Positions 45,938 through 55,135 of a DNA stretch of 64,000 bases are shown here, in pieces (the stretch's first letter is position 1; each line of letters opens with the position of its first letter). Position numbers and translations under genes: made by a program. The stretch comes from a virus. Below the pieces are notes generated by a model that saw only the letters and a program-made list of their open reading frames with translations, searched no databases and was not told where the DNA came from. The stretch spans positions 64,001 through 128,000 of the IMG/VR virus record IMGVR_UViG_3300035703_000021, one strand, 5' to 3'.

Positions 45938-46141
45938 TTACTCTTCGGAGCTGTTGATGTCTTTTGATTCTTTAAACTCGAAAGAGTTAGACCGATCGAC
46001 GTAAACGACATCCGCGTCCAGTATCAGATCGTACAGTTCCTGGGCGCTGATCTCACCCTTATTGTATCTTTCGATGGCCTCGTCAGCCCCATCGACGATC
46101 ACCGGCTGGGAGTTGGTGACTATATTCACTCCTCTTTCCAT
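45938..46141 (-). CDS. Small hypothetical protein
   Basis: Likely start ATG 46141 (MERGVNIV), overlapping the upstream stop; 67 aa. Confidence 0.55.
   Translation of the reverse strand: MERGVNIVTNSQPVIVDGADEAIERYNKGEISAQELYDLILDADVVYVDRSNSFEFKESKDINSSEE
45970..45977 (-). promoter_or_regulatory. Late-type element GTTTAAAG
   Basis: 45 nt upstream of the portal ATG, inside the preceding ORF. Confidence 0.55.
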
Positions 46142-47094
46142 TTCTTCTGATCCTCCTTCGAGGACTGCAAAATCACTTCCAGTTGTGCTTTCCATTTTGG
46201 TTCGTAAGATGAGAGGTAGATATGCCACTTCTTGGGCCACTCCTTCTCTGAGAACTTGTGCTCGAGTTCGGAGGGACATGTGGTCGTGAAGGCTTTGCGC
46301 AACGCCCCGATTCCCGCGGCGACAAAATTGTATCTGTTTTTAACGTAGTAGCGCTCCAGAGTGTCGAGAGGAACGTGGGGGAAGTTCTTCTCGAACTCGG
46401 AGAAGAGCGGAGAGTTCTTCACATCTACTTTGGACTCCTCCTCTGCTTTGTGAGACACGTAGAGGTAAGCCTCGTCGAGAATATCGGCGATGAGACTCGA
46501 GTTGAACGGGCACTGCTCGTAGTCATTGATCTCCTTCCAGAACACCTTCAGAGACTCGTACGCGGCGGTGATGCTGTGCTTCGAGAACTTGGAGAACCGA
46601 TCCTTCAGGTCCTTCTTGAGTGTCTCTACGAGGTGGATGTCACTAGCCTCAGGCCATTTAGCGACTCGGTGGCCGCATCCACTCGCCCACAGAAACGCGA
46701 GAAGCAAGGTCTTTATGCGCCCCTCCTTGAGGTCCTTGACAGGGACGACGTTGTTGTCCTGAATGTGAGCGTACCACTGCTCGAAGAGCTTAGTGGAGCG
46801 TTCGTTGGCTCCTTCCCAGACCTTTGTTTTGGATACCAAGCCGATGTGCTTATCACCGCAGGCCCCGTAGGAGCTTAGCTCGTTGAACTTGCGGTCGTCG
46901 TCGGTTACGCCATCCTGCGCAGCTTCGACGAGTTTCGCAGATCCCCCACCCCGTCTCGAAGCTATTCTCAGCTCCTCAAGCTTGAGCTCGTGGGAGAATG
47001 TGGCCTCCAGTTTCCACCGGTCGTGCTGGAGCAGCCGCTCCAGCAGCGACTCACTTAGTTGCGGGGCTAGAGCTATCAGCTGGTCCAGTTCCAA
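46126..47094 (-). CDS. Hypothetical helical protein
   Basis: 322 aa ORF (TTG start) with typical codon use; no family recognised. Confidence 0.6.
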   Translation of the reverse strand: MELDQLIALAPQLSESLLERLLQHDRWKLEATFSHELKLEELRIASRRGGGSAKLVEAAQDGVTDDDRKFNELSSYGACGDKHIGLVSKTKVWEGANERSTKLFEQWYAHIQDNNVVPVKDLKEGRIKTLLLAFLWASGCGHRVAKWPEASDIHLVETLKKDLKDRFSKFSKHSITAAYESLKVFWKEINDYEQCPFNSSLIADILDEAYLYVSHKAEEESKVDVKNSPLFSEFEKNFPHVPLDTLERYYVKNRYNFVAAGIGALRKAFTTTCPSELEHKFSEKEWPKKWHIYLSSYEPKWKAQLEVILQSSKEDQKKWKEE

Positions 47095-47521
47095 GGCGAC
47101 GAAGGCTTACATCTATAGTACTAATTATATCCTTATAAGTCCAGGTGTCAATGATTTTGTTAAAAATCTTGGGACTTACCCGGCCGATATCCATGCCGTC
47201 CCGGAGGATGTAGTTGAGTCTCTCCCACGGCGACTGGCCGGGCTCCTCATAGATAAATATCGTGGGCCCTTCGGCGCCTTCCATTCCCTCCACGACCGCG
47301 CAGGCCTTAAAGAACTCGGACAGGGACTGAGTATCGTACCCGCAGAAGATCACGAAGTCGGTGGATTTTACGGAGGCCTCCGTAACGCTCTGCCTCACTT
47401 TCAGATCCACTCCGTCCTTTTCCGTCAGCACCTGCTCCAGGTGCACTGCCATCTTATTGAGATCGGAGGAGTTATCCACGGCTTTACTCTTAAGCAGAAT
47501 CACCGAGATTTTAGATTGCAT
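47051..47521 (-). CDS. Degenerate LOG/SLOG-fold protein
   Basis: STDFVIFCGYDTQSLSEFF..PTIFIYEEPGQSPWERL..IL..G...GRVS aligns by eye with the LOG pattern SDAFIALPGGxGTLEELF..KPI.LLN..G.W..L. Confidence 0.5.
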   Translation of the reverse strand: MQSKISVILLKSKAVDNSSDLNKMAVHLEQVLTEKDGVDLKVRQSVTEASVKSTDFVIFCGYDTQSLSEFFKACAVVEGMEGAEGPTIFIYEEPGQSPWERLNYILRDGMDIGRVSPKIFNKIIDTWTYKDIISTIDVSLRRLGTGPADSSSPATK

Positions 47522-47543
47522 AACCTACCTTACGTTCCAATAG

Positions 47544-47564
47544 CTTTAAACTTAAAGTTTAAGG
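47544..47564. promoter_or_regulatory. Back-to-back late-type elements (GTTTAAAG on -, GTTTAAGG on +)
   Basis: Each lies 30 nt upstream of its divergent start (47521 and 47587). Confidence 0.7.
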
Positions 47565-47586
47565 TTTATCTAGATACGTCGCGTCC

Positions 47587-50500
47587 ATGACTCCGCAGTT
47601 TTTTGAAGAGATTCGTATCAATTTGCAGAGACTCGTTCTGAGAAGCGTGTCCCTCTACGAGGAGAAATTCGGCAAATTCAAGATCGATGCCTCCAAGCAA
47701 AGCTTCCTAAACAGTGGAATTGAGATCCTCAGCCTCGTTCTCGATAGGGTCGAGAGAGATGAGGAGGTCTCCGTGCTTCCCTTTAAGCAGATCCTGCTGG
47801 AGATTCTTTTTGAGCTGGAGTTCGATACGGACGTTATAAAGAACCTACTGCCCTATCTCAAGTCAGGTCTTGAGGAGTCTATAAGGTCAAAGCCAAATTA
47901 CGACGCCAACCTCACGCGTATCATAGACAGCTACTTCATCCTGTTCTCGGAGAACATCAGTAGCTACTCGTTCTACGCGTCCAGTTCAGCGCTCGATATC
48001 CTTCAGGAGCAGCCGGAGTACCAGTACTCCGAAAAGCTTTACGCTCTTGTGCCTCTGGAGATCGACGAGAGTGCCGGCAGAGTATACACTCTCTTCCCGA
48101 GAAGCAGGTACTGGGAGGAGTATCAGTTGCTTAGCGAGGAATCCTCCTACTCCCCTCTCAGCTACAATAGAACGGCTTCCAAGCTCGGACTGGCTAAATA
48201 CGCCATTCCTATCACCTACCAGAGTCTTGTCGTGTACGACGGGGACCTGTACAAACTGAGTCCTGACGTTGCTGCTCCCACCCGTGTATATTTTGATCAG
48301 ACCCAGTGGACAAAATACTCACCTAAAAAATTCGATTCCTCAAAATCATTCAGAACTGTCTACGAATCGAAGATCCGCTCCGCCTTCTCCAAAGTAACCG
48401 AGGAGGGATTCGATGTCAATTCGATCGTATCCGATTCGAACGTATCAAGATACTCCAGAGACGTAGCGGTGGATGAGTCACTGCTCCCATCAACCTTCGG
48501 CGGAATAGGAAAGCAGATCCTAGACTCTATCAAAAACCTTAGGAAGATCTCCGAGGCTTTCGGAGGGTACCAGGGTTCTCCCGTCGGCGGTGTGGAGTAC
48601 ATCACAAATTTCTCCGAGTCGCTTCTAGCTGCCACGTTAGGACGGTACCTTCCTGAGGCTTACGATACCTACGAGGGGAAATCGACTTTTGGCCGATTCG
48701 ACATACTCTTCAAGTCCTCGATCACAACGAATAGGATCCCAGGATTGAAGTTTCTTGACAAATTCGGAAGCCTTAAATCATTTGTCCAGGGCCAAAAACT
48801 ACCCACCGGGACCACGATCGCGCGCGAAAAGGTCGTTTACAACCCGGTCTACTCGCAGTTTTTCAACGGGATACAGGACAGGTACAACGTTCTACTCGCT
48901 ACGACAACCTACGCGGAGAAGGCAAGAGTCGATCTTCTTCTGTTCGCGATAGAGAGCCTTTACAGAAGGTCGCTAATTGTCGGTGATACAGTAGCTGCTA
49001 TATCCAATACACTTGACTCCACGGGCAAGGTGCCAGGCTACGAGGGGCTTGGATCAGTAAAAACGCAGATAGACGAGCTCCAGAGAGTCTTTCCGCCCAC
49101 GATGTACGTGCTTGATCAGGGTGGCATCGCGGGATTCACAGGCGCTATTAAGTACCTTCTCAACAGCTACTCTAGGTTCTCAAAGGCGGTGATAGATCCG
49201 TTGCTTCCGGGTCAGTCTCTGGAGTTTTTTGGTCCTTGGGTGGAGAGAATCGCCAACAAACTCGAGGAGGTTAATCTACTCCTGAAGAATCTTGGGATAA
49301 CAACCTCGGCGTTCATCCCGAACCTCTCATTCGAGTCATTCGAGGCAAACAATCAAAGAACGATCTCCTATCTGAGTTCGCTTGGCTTCAGGGACTACGA
49401 GATAAATAAGCTTCTAGAAGCTGAGGATTTCGCCCAGCTGGTCTCCAATTTCGCGCCGCTTTCAGACTCTAACGATCTGAAGTCCTTTTTCAAAGCCTAT
49501 GAGCTGAGCCAGCTAATATACGAGTTTGGCGGACAGAGCGGCGTTGACGCCTACCTATCCTTCCTGTACTCTCAGAACTCACTTAGCTCCCTGCTCAACA
49601 TCCTGAATCTGTCGCAAAAAGACAAGTCTAAAGCAACGTACGTTAACATAGACAAGTACCCAACGCTAATCGGCCTTCTCATCGGGCTCACGTACGCGGT
49701 AGACGCTTCGCAGCTCGTGAAGTTCACGGAGATTCTGGGGGAGAATAATCTGACCCTTTTGCAATCTATCTCCTACCTCTATCAGAACGGACAGAGCACA
49801 ATCATCAAGAACAGGGAGGACGTGGACTTCCTAGAGCCACTTGTTGAGCAAATGATCACTGGGGTATACAAAGATGATCCGTTCTCGTCTCCGACGCTAA
49901 ACTACGATCAAGTTAACTCTCTGGCACCTATCGCCCTTAAGCAGTGGACGGAGATCATAGGAGATAACCTGGGCCGTATGGATTCCAAGAGTCTCGTAAA
50001 AAATCTGTACGATAGGGCGCAGGGACTGACTCCGAAAGAGCTTGTCGCGATCCTGAACATGCCGGACTCGCCCAATAACTTCGGGGCTCTTGTGGATGGG
50101 TTTAGTGGCGGATCATTTACCAGCTTCTTGAGATACGCCAGTCTATCCGGAATCGCGCTTAAGCTCGGATTCTACAAGAACTCGTACCAGACGGACAACT
50201 TTAAGATCGCAGATGGTCAGGAGTTTTACGCTATACCGAAATTAGTCGAAGCGATAGATGGCCTTATCGACTCAATATCGATTATCAGAACCATATTCAG
50301 CTCAAAATTGAACTACACCGTAACCACGGACAAGGATTTTGCCGATAGCCTCCAGCCTCTGATCTACTCCCAGAACAAAGAGTTCGAAGCCATTCCCCAG
50401 CTCATCTCGCTGAGAGCCCAGGGTGGTAGTCTGCCAGGACAGACTTCTCTCGCCTCCTCGTCGGTCATCGCTGAGAGCCCAGGCATCGGAAACTCGAGAG

Positions 50501-51450
50501 TGCCAAACAGAGTCCCAGTGGCCAACTCGGTCACTCCTGAGCAGGCCAGAGTGATCTTTGAGGCGACTAGTGAGGCACGGGAGCTGGGAGCCGTAGTCGG
50601 AGCGCGTAGTAGCCTTATAAGTAAGTACGTGAAGTTCTCGGACGAAAACATCCTGGCAAATGAAATCGCTCTCACAGACGAAACCTCCGGACTGTCGGAG
50701 GCTAGATTACAAAAATCCTCCTTCGCGCCCGCGACAAGATTCGAACTCGATGACGGCCAGGCCGCTTCCAAAGCCAAACCCTACACCGTCCTGGGTATGT
50801 ACGAAGAGCTGGAAGGGGGCCCATCTCTTAAAAACTCCACTCTAGGAGCCAATTACATCTCCGCAGAGGAGGACAACGGTGTTGAGACTGCTTTTAATCC
50901 TGTCGAGTCGTGTAAAAGGTTCGGAGGGGCGAACTGCGAGTCGCTGTACTCCGACTCCCAGGCCCGGTGCGTCAAAGGCTTTAGCAAGGCTCTCTTCCCG
51001 GAGACCTACTCGGAAGTTCCTGGGCTCTCAACATCCTCGGTAGCTGTGGACAGGCCTCTAGGAACTTTCGCGGAGTACAAACCCTCTAAGCTCCTCGTGC
51101 CTACAACTTCCTACGCCGTCCCGCACGCCTACATGTCTCTCCTTCCCGACACCACGCTCATCGGCGAGAAGGGAGAGCCTATCCTGATGACCGTGTTCGC
51201 TGACCCTCTAGTCTACGAGTCTGGAGGATCGGAGCTGAGCGAGTACGGAAATACCGAGTTTGGCATCGTTGAGTTCATAAGGGCAAAGCTGGAGAGGAAC
51301 ACCGAGTTCAGCTGCGCTACTTTCGAATCCCCCTTCTACTACCAGATCTGCATGAATATCATGAAGTGCAAGAGGTTCTCCCCACCGCTAGATGGCCAGT
51401 ACTCTCTCGATTTCTGTCCTCGGACCCTCTCAGGAGGTAGACTCAAGTGA
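47587..51450 (+). CDS. Large hypothetical protein, probably virion-associated
   Basis: 1287 aa, mostly helical; YQSLVVYDGDLYK..QW module; Cys-rich C-terminus; late motif upstream. Confidence 0.55.
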   Translation: MTPQFFEEIRINLQRLVLRSVSLYEEKFGKFKIDASKQSFLNSGIEILSLVLDRVERDEEVSVLPFKQILLEILFELEFDTDVIKNLLPYLKSGLEESIRSKPNYDANLTRIIDSYFILFSENISSYSFYASSSALDILQEQPEYQYSEKLYALVPLEIDESAGRVYTLFPRSRYWEEYQLLSEESSYSPLSYNRTASKLGLAKYAIPITYQSLVVYDGDLYKLSPDVAAPTRVYFDQTQWTKYSPKKFDSSKSFRTVYESKIRSAFSKVTEEGFDVNSIVSDSNVSRYSRDVAVDESLLPSTFGGIGKQILDSIKNLRKISEAFGGYQGSPVGGVEYITNFSESLLAATLGRYLPEAYDTYEGKSTFGRFDILFKSSITTNRIPGLKFLDKFGSLKSFVQGQKLPTGTTIAREKVVYNPVYSQFFNGIQDRYNVLLATTTYAEKARVDLLLFAIESLYRRSLIVGDTVAAISNTLDSTGKVPGYEGLGSVKTQIDELQRVFPPTMYVLDQGGIAGFTGAIKYLLNSYSRFSKAVIDPLLPGQSLEFFGPWVERIANKLEEVNLLLKNLGITTSAFIPNLSFESFEANNQRTISYLSSLGFRDYEINKLLEAEDFAQLVSNFAPLSDSNDLKSFFKAYELSQLIYEFGGQSGVDAYLSFLYSQNSLSSLLNILNLSQKDKSKATYVNIDKYPTLIGLLIGLTYAVDASQLVKFTEILGENNLTLLQSISYLYQNGQSTIIKNREDVDFLEPLVEQMITGVYKDDPFSSPTLNYDQVNSLAPIALKQWTEIIGDNLGRMDSKSLVKNLYDRAQGLTPKELVAILNMPDSPNNFGALVDGFSGGSFTSFLRYASLSGIALKLGFYKNSYQTDNFKIADGQEFYAIPKLVEAIDGLIDSISIIRTIFSSKLNYTVTTDKDFADSLQPLIYSQNKEFEAIPQLISLRAQGGSLPGQTSLASSSVIAESPGIGNSRVPNRVPVANSVTPEQARVIFEATSEARELGAVVGARSSLISKYVKFSDENILANEIALTDETSGLSEARLQKSSFAPATRFELDDGQAASKAKPYTVLGMYEELEGGPSLKNSTLGANYISAEEDNGVETAFNPVESCKRFGGANCESLYSDSQARCVKGFSKALFPETYSEVPGLSTSSVAVDRPLGTFAEYKPSKLLVPTTSYAVPHAYMSLLPDTTLIGEKGEPILMTVFADPLVYESGGSELSEYGNTEFGIVEFIRAKLERNTEFSCATFESPFYYQICMNIMKCKRFSPPLDGQYSLDFCPRTLSGGRLK

Positions 51451-52265
51451 ATTCAAAGATTCAGACTTTCTTCAAAACAGTTAAGGGAGCTCGGCAGCTC
51501 TCTTTCGGCGAGAGAGCTCAGGAGAATTTTAACTACGTCGAGCTGAACACAAATGGTATCCCATTCTCGGACAACGTTGTAAGCCTGTTCAAGCAGATGA
51601 ATGATTCCTACGTTCTGGAGATATCGAGAGACCAAAGAGTTCCTATCATCATCCCAGAGATGAAACTCTCTAACCAGGAGATACTGACGTGGGAGGATCA
51701 CTGGGTCTCAGCGGAGAACAACGCGCTCGTGGACCCTTACATTCAGAAGATCAACCTCCAGAGAAATAGATTAGTCCACGCGAACTTCAACGTGCACAGA
51801 GCTGAGCTTAGTCACCTAAGCCTAGAGGCCAACACGAATATGAGGGCCGTAATGATCACCTCAGCTCCCAAACTCGAGGTTCTAAATGTCTCCAACTGCC
51901 CCGGTCTTAACGTTATCAACCTGGGAGACAATAGATCTCTTAAAGCCCTACTTGCAAGGAATTGCAACCTGTCCTCCTTGGCTCAGGAACGCCTCCTAAG
52001 AGACTTCAGACCTGTAACCACTTCGTCGTCGAATAGGGACTTCGCGATGTTCAGAAAAACGTACGAGACTCTGGTCGATCTAAGAGGCACGGATATAGAC
52101 TGGTCGAACAGGAAAGTAGCATCCAAGATCCGTGTTCTTCTGTGCAATAACTGGCTGGTTCTGTGGGATAATCCTCCGCCCGTTACAGTGGTTCCGCCTC
52201 ACATGTACTCGTTTTTCACCAGTAGTCTTGAGAATTCCCTGATTAAAGACTACTATAGTGCTTAA
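51447..52265 (+). CDS. Leucine-rich repeat protein
   Basis: IQKINLQRNRL, LSHLSLEANTNM, LEVLNVSNCPGL, LKALLARNCNL; GTGA overlap with the upstream gene. Confidence 0.65.
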   Translation: MNSKIQTFFKTVKGARQLSFGERAQENFNYVELNTNGIPFSDNVVSLFKQMNDSYVLEISRDQRVPIIIPEMKLSNQEILTWEDHWVSAENNALVDPYIQKINLQRNRLVHANFNVHRAELSHLSLEANTNMRAVMITSAPKLEVLNVSNCPGLNVINLGDNRSLKALLARNCNLSSLAQERLLRDFRPVTTSSSNRDFAMFRKTYETLVDLRGTDIDWSNRKVASKIRVLLCNNWLVLWDNPPPVTVVPPHMYSFFTSSLENSLIKDYYSA

Positions 52266-52274
52266 CAGAGAATA

Positions 52275-53174
52275 ATGGCTGATCTACGAAGTCGGTTTAT
52301 CGAGGACTACGCCGGAGGCCTCCTCAACGTTGCTAGGCAGGAGCTCTCCACGGCTGGCGAAGTTCTCGCGCAGGACGGCTTGACATCCGAAGGCACACTC
52401 TTCGTGGAGGATGGCACTGGCACGAAGAGCGGCCTAAAACTCGGAGTTAGTCTGGCCGAAGTTGTGGATCCTACGACCGAAACCGGCGTTGTTAATGTAC
52501 GCTACGCCGACCGTACGTACGCGAAGATCAGGGACCTCAAGATATTCTCAACGGCTATTGCCTCAGCCCAAGCGGCTCTAGCCGAAGCCACATCTACGTC
52601 CGTCTCTAACCTGGAGACTACTCTCCAGCTCCTAGAGGACGACATCTCCTCCATAGGAGAGAATTTTCAGCAGAATCTGGCCACAGGTCAGGAGCAACTT
52701 CAGACTCTTAGCCTGACGCAGAGAGACCTGCTCGAGTCAAAAGCCGTGACGGACGTCAAGATCCAGAGCTTAGAGGCCAGAGTGCTGGCCCTAGAGGTCC
52801 CTACGAGCTCGCCTCCCGAAGTTGTAACTCTCGCCACCTCTACAAATCAACTGTACTACTCAGGCACGATCCAGATCGTAGGAGCCAACGTAACCGGAAC
52901 AGGCACTGCCTTTGACACGCAACTGGATATTGGTGATGTGTTCGTAGCAACGGTTCCCGCGATCACAGCCGAAGGAACTACGATTCCAGAGGAGGAAGTG
53001 GAGTTCACGGTGACCAGTTTTGACACAACAACCCCGGCCACAAAGATCACCGTCACTCCAACAAGTAAGACTATATCCTCGAACGTAAGGTTCAGAAGAA
53101 GCCGGGACCTTGACCTGAGAAAGAAGATCAACGAGATCATCGGAGCCCTGAAAACTCTAGATCTCGTTGTATAG
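52275..53174 (+). CDS. Coiled-coil fibre protein (head/neck fibre-like)
   Basis: Long heptad region, VTGTGTAFDTQLDIGD domain, terminal LRKKINEIIGALK. Confidence 0.6.
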   Translation: MADLRSRFIEDYAGGLLNVARQELSTAGEVLAQDGLTSEGTLFVEDGTGTKSGLKLGVSLAEVVDPTTETGVVNVRYADRTYAKIRDLKIFSTAIASAQAALAEATSTSVSNLETTLQLLEDDISSIGENFQQNLATGQEQLQTLSLTQRDLLESKAVTDVKIQSLEARVLALEVPTSSPPEVVTLATSTNQLYYSGTIQIVGANVTGTGTAFDTQLDIGDVFVATVPAITAEGTTIPEEEVEFTVTSFDTTTPATKITVTPTSKTISSNVRFRRSRDLDLRKKINEIIGALKTLDLVV

Positions 53175-53519
53175 TTCGTTTATTATCTCGTCGATAGTCT
53201 CTATATCTACGCGGACCGAGTAAAGCGGGCCAACTTTACGAAGTATAAAAAACACGAGCCCAACTGACCTCTCCTCCTCTGTGCGAAAGAGCGAGTCGAA
53301 GATCTTGTCGTACTTGTCCTCTCCACCGATCATCTGATACACCGTATCCGGATCGAAGATCCACATGCAGTCTGTTTTATCCGCTGTTGCAACGTAAAGT
53401 GCGAAAGGGGTCCTGTGCATAAGGACCTGCTCCAAGCACTCCAGCGTGTCCTGAAGATTCTCAGTGTTTCTCAGCGACTCCCTCAAGGACTTCTTCTCGT
53501 GCTCGGAGTTCAGGCTCAT
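53157..53519 (-). CDS. Hypothetical protein
   Basis: Likely start ATG 53519 (MSLNSEH) in ATGA overlap with the dCMP deaminase stop. Confidence 0.6.
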   Translation of the reverse strand: MSLNSEHEKKSLRESLRNTENLQDTLECLEQVLMHRTPFALYVATADKTDCMWIFDPDTVYQMIGGEDKYDKIFDSLFRTEEERSVGLVFFILRKVGPLYSVRVDIETIDEIINELYNEI

Positions 53520-53926
53520 TGAACTTTCTCCACGTCGACCCCTAGCTCTTGAAGAACATCCAGGCCCTCGGTGATCCTGTACTCGTGTCTGTAGTATACC
53601 TTTCTGACCCCGCTCTGGGCCAGTAGCTTGGAACACTCTGGGCAGGGAGAGTGAGTGCAGAAGAGCTCGGCTCCCTCTATAGACTCTGTCGATTTGGCCA
53701 TCTTGACAAGAGCGTTCTGCTCCGCGTGAAGCACGAATGGCGATGTTGTTCCGTCTTCCTTCTCGCAAACGTTCGTCCTGAACCCGCTCGGAGTCCCGTT
53801 CCATCCGTGAGCTAAAATAGAACCATTTTTCACCACGATAGCTCCAACTTTTAATCTTCTACATTCGGAAACTTGAGCAAATCGCTCAGCGATATCCATG
53901 TACGCTTTAACTAGCTCAGGCTTCAT
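53516..53926 (-). CDS. dCMP deaminase
   Basis: KVGAIVV..GWNGTPSG..HAEQNAL..THSPCPECSK zinc deaminase motifs. Confidence 0.93.
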   Translation of the reverse strand: MKPELVKAYMDIAERFAQVSECRRLKVGAIVVKNGSILAHGWNGTPSGFRTNVCEKEDGTTSPFVLHAEQNALVKMAKSTESIEGAELFCTHSPCPECSKLLAQSGVRKVYYRHEYRITEGLDVLQELGVDVEKVQ

Positions 53927-53947
53927 ACAATCCTAGATCCTAGTGTA

Positions 53948-53956
53948 ATTATATCA
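53948..53956 (-). promoter_or_regulatory. Extended -10 promoter TGATATAAT for dCMP deaminase
   Basis: About 22 nt upstream of ATG 53926; uses the upstream TGA stop. Confidence 0.6.
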
Positions 53957-54208
53957 CACCTTGAAGGATCGGTTTCCGCCTAGGCCGAGCTTATTTACAA
54001 TGTGTCTATTGAACTTTCTGAGCAGCCTTTTATCCTCCTCTCCAAGGAAGACTTTGTCGCTCGGTGGAGCGTCAGGGACGTCCTCCGGTGGTGCAGGAGG
54101 CACGATCTCCTCTACGGTCTGCTCCTCTGGCTCTGCCCGAAGTACCTCCTCTTCCACCAGTTCCGGGGAGTCAGAGGATGATGATGCTCGGCGTCTCGAT
54201 GTTGTCAT
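53954..54208 (-). CDS. Small acidic/Pro-rich hypothetical protein
   Basis: Likely start ATG 54208 (MTTSRRR) in ATGA overlap. Confidence 0.55.
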   Translation of the reverse strand: MTTSRRRASSSSDSPELVEEEVLRAEPEEQTVEEIVPPAPPEDVPDAPPSDKVFLGEEDKRLLRKFNRHIVNKLGLGGNRSFKV

Positions 54209-54411
54209 GGTCTTCGTACTCTGCGGCAGGAGCTGCAGGATTGGTAAGGTGATCTTGTTAGTGGAGATGGAATCTGCTCCCACCCGCTCTGAGTAAGGCC
54301 GGTCGCGAGATCGCTAGAAGGATTCTGCTTAGGCTTGGACGGAGCTCTCTCCGCCCACTTCCTCCAGCTCGAGAGCTCCGAGGCCGATACGGAGTCGGGT
54401 AGATTGTTCAT
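54205..54411 (-). CDS. Small hypothetical protein
   Basis: Likely start ATG 54411 (MNNLPD) after AGGA; late motif at 54432-54439. Confidence 0.5.
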   Translation of the reverse strand: MNNLPDSVSASELSSWRKWAERAPSKPKQNPSSDLATGLTQSGWEQIPSPLTRSPYQSCSSCRRVRRP

Positions 54412-54431
54412 GATTCCTAACTCTACATGGT

Positions 54432-54456
54432 CTTTAAACCTCAATCCTGGTACAAT
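54432..54456. promoter_or_regulatory. Divergent pair: late-type GTTTAAAG (-) and extended -10 TGGTACAAT (+)
   Basis: Late motif 28 nt upstream of 54411; -10 element ends 6 nt before ATG 54463. Confidence 0.55.
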
Positions 54457-54462
54457 AGGACC

Positions 54463-54693
54463 ATGAAATTATTCCGCTTTCACTACGTGTGGGACTTTGG
54501 CCACGAATGGTACGCCTCGTTTCTCTGCCGAGACAGGTGGTCGGTTCTTCACGTGAATGTCAATCTCGACGACTACTTCATCTGGGACGCGTCGGTGTAT
54601 CTTGCCGTGAATAAAGGATGCCCACTGCAGTTCAAGCTCAGCGTCTGTAGCTTTACACTCTACCTAAAATTGTTCTCCGAGTTCTACTACTAA
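54463..54693 (+). CDS. Small aromatic-rich hypothetical protein, probably leaderless
   Basis: MKLFRFHYVWDFGHEWY..., 76 aa, directly after a -10 element. Confidence 0.5.
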   Translation: MKLFRFHYVWDFGHEWYASFLCRDRWSVLHVNVNLDDYFIWDASVYLAVNKGCPLQFKLSVCSFTLYLKLFSEFYY

Positions 54694-54697
54694 GCCT

Positions 54698-55069
54698 TTA
54701 GGTAGAGGCTCCGCCCACTTTATCGATAGGATCGTAGGTCTTTCCAGGCACTTCCGCATCCTTATTTGCTTCCAGTAGATTCTCCGCCACGGCAGGCTCC
54801 TGAAGCCCTGAAGGATCCATTTGAGTCCACTGCTGCCATCCCCACATATCCTCCGAGCCAAGCGGGTGCGGGATTTGGGGCTTGGAGCCAGCGGCCCGGG
54901 CTCTCGAGTTCCTGAGAGGGCCAGGGTTAACCCGGTTGGATGTTCTGAGATAGTCCGGCTGCGAGAGTTGCTGGCGTACGAGCGACGTTATCTGGGTATC
55001 TGTGGACCTGTAATCCGAAGAAGCCTTAAGCTCTTCCCACTTCTCGTAGGGGTTGTTATTTACAGCCAC
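54698..55069 (-). CDS. Hypothetical protein
   Basis: 123 aa, GTG start 30 nt downstream of a late-type motif. Confidence 0.55.
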   Translation of the reverse strand: MAVNNNPYEKWEELKASSDYRSTDTQITSLVRQQLSQPDYLRTSNRVNPGPLRNSRARAAGSKPQIPHPLGSEDMWGWQQWTQMDPSGLQEPAVAENLLEANKDAEVPGKTYDPIDKVGGAST

Positions 55070-55091
55070 GGCATCCGTCTCTCTAAGATAA

Positions 55092-55113
55092 ATTTAAACA
55101 AAGGGGTTTAAAG
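55092..55113. promoter_or_regulatory. Back-to-back late-type elements (GTTTAAAT on -, GTTTAAAG on +)
   Basis: Each lies 30 nt upstream of its divergent start (55069 and 55136). Confidence 0.7.
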
Positions 55114-55135
55114 AAAGGAACACATCATAAACACC

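Noticed and set aside
47587-51450. 1287-aa helical protein as tape measure protein
   Set aside because: Lacks the Ala/Gly-rich periodicity I would expect, is not next to the chaperones, and has a Cys-rich globular C-terminus; left as hypothetical
53520-53804. N-terminal extension of the 215-aa ORF 53157-53804
   Set aside because: Overlaps dCMP deaminase in another frame; ATG 53519 in ATGA coupling is the more plausible start
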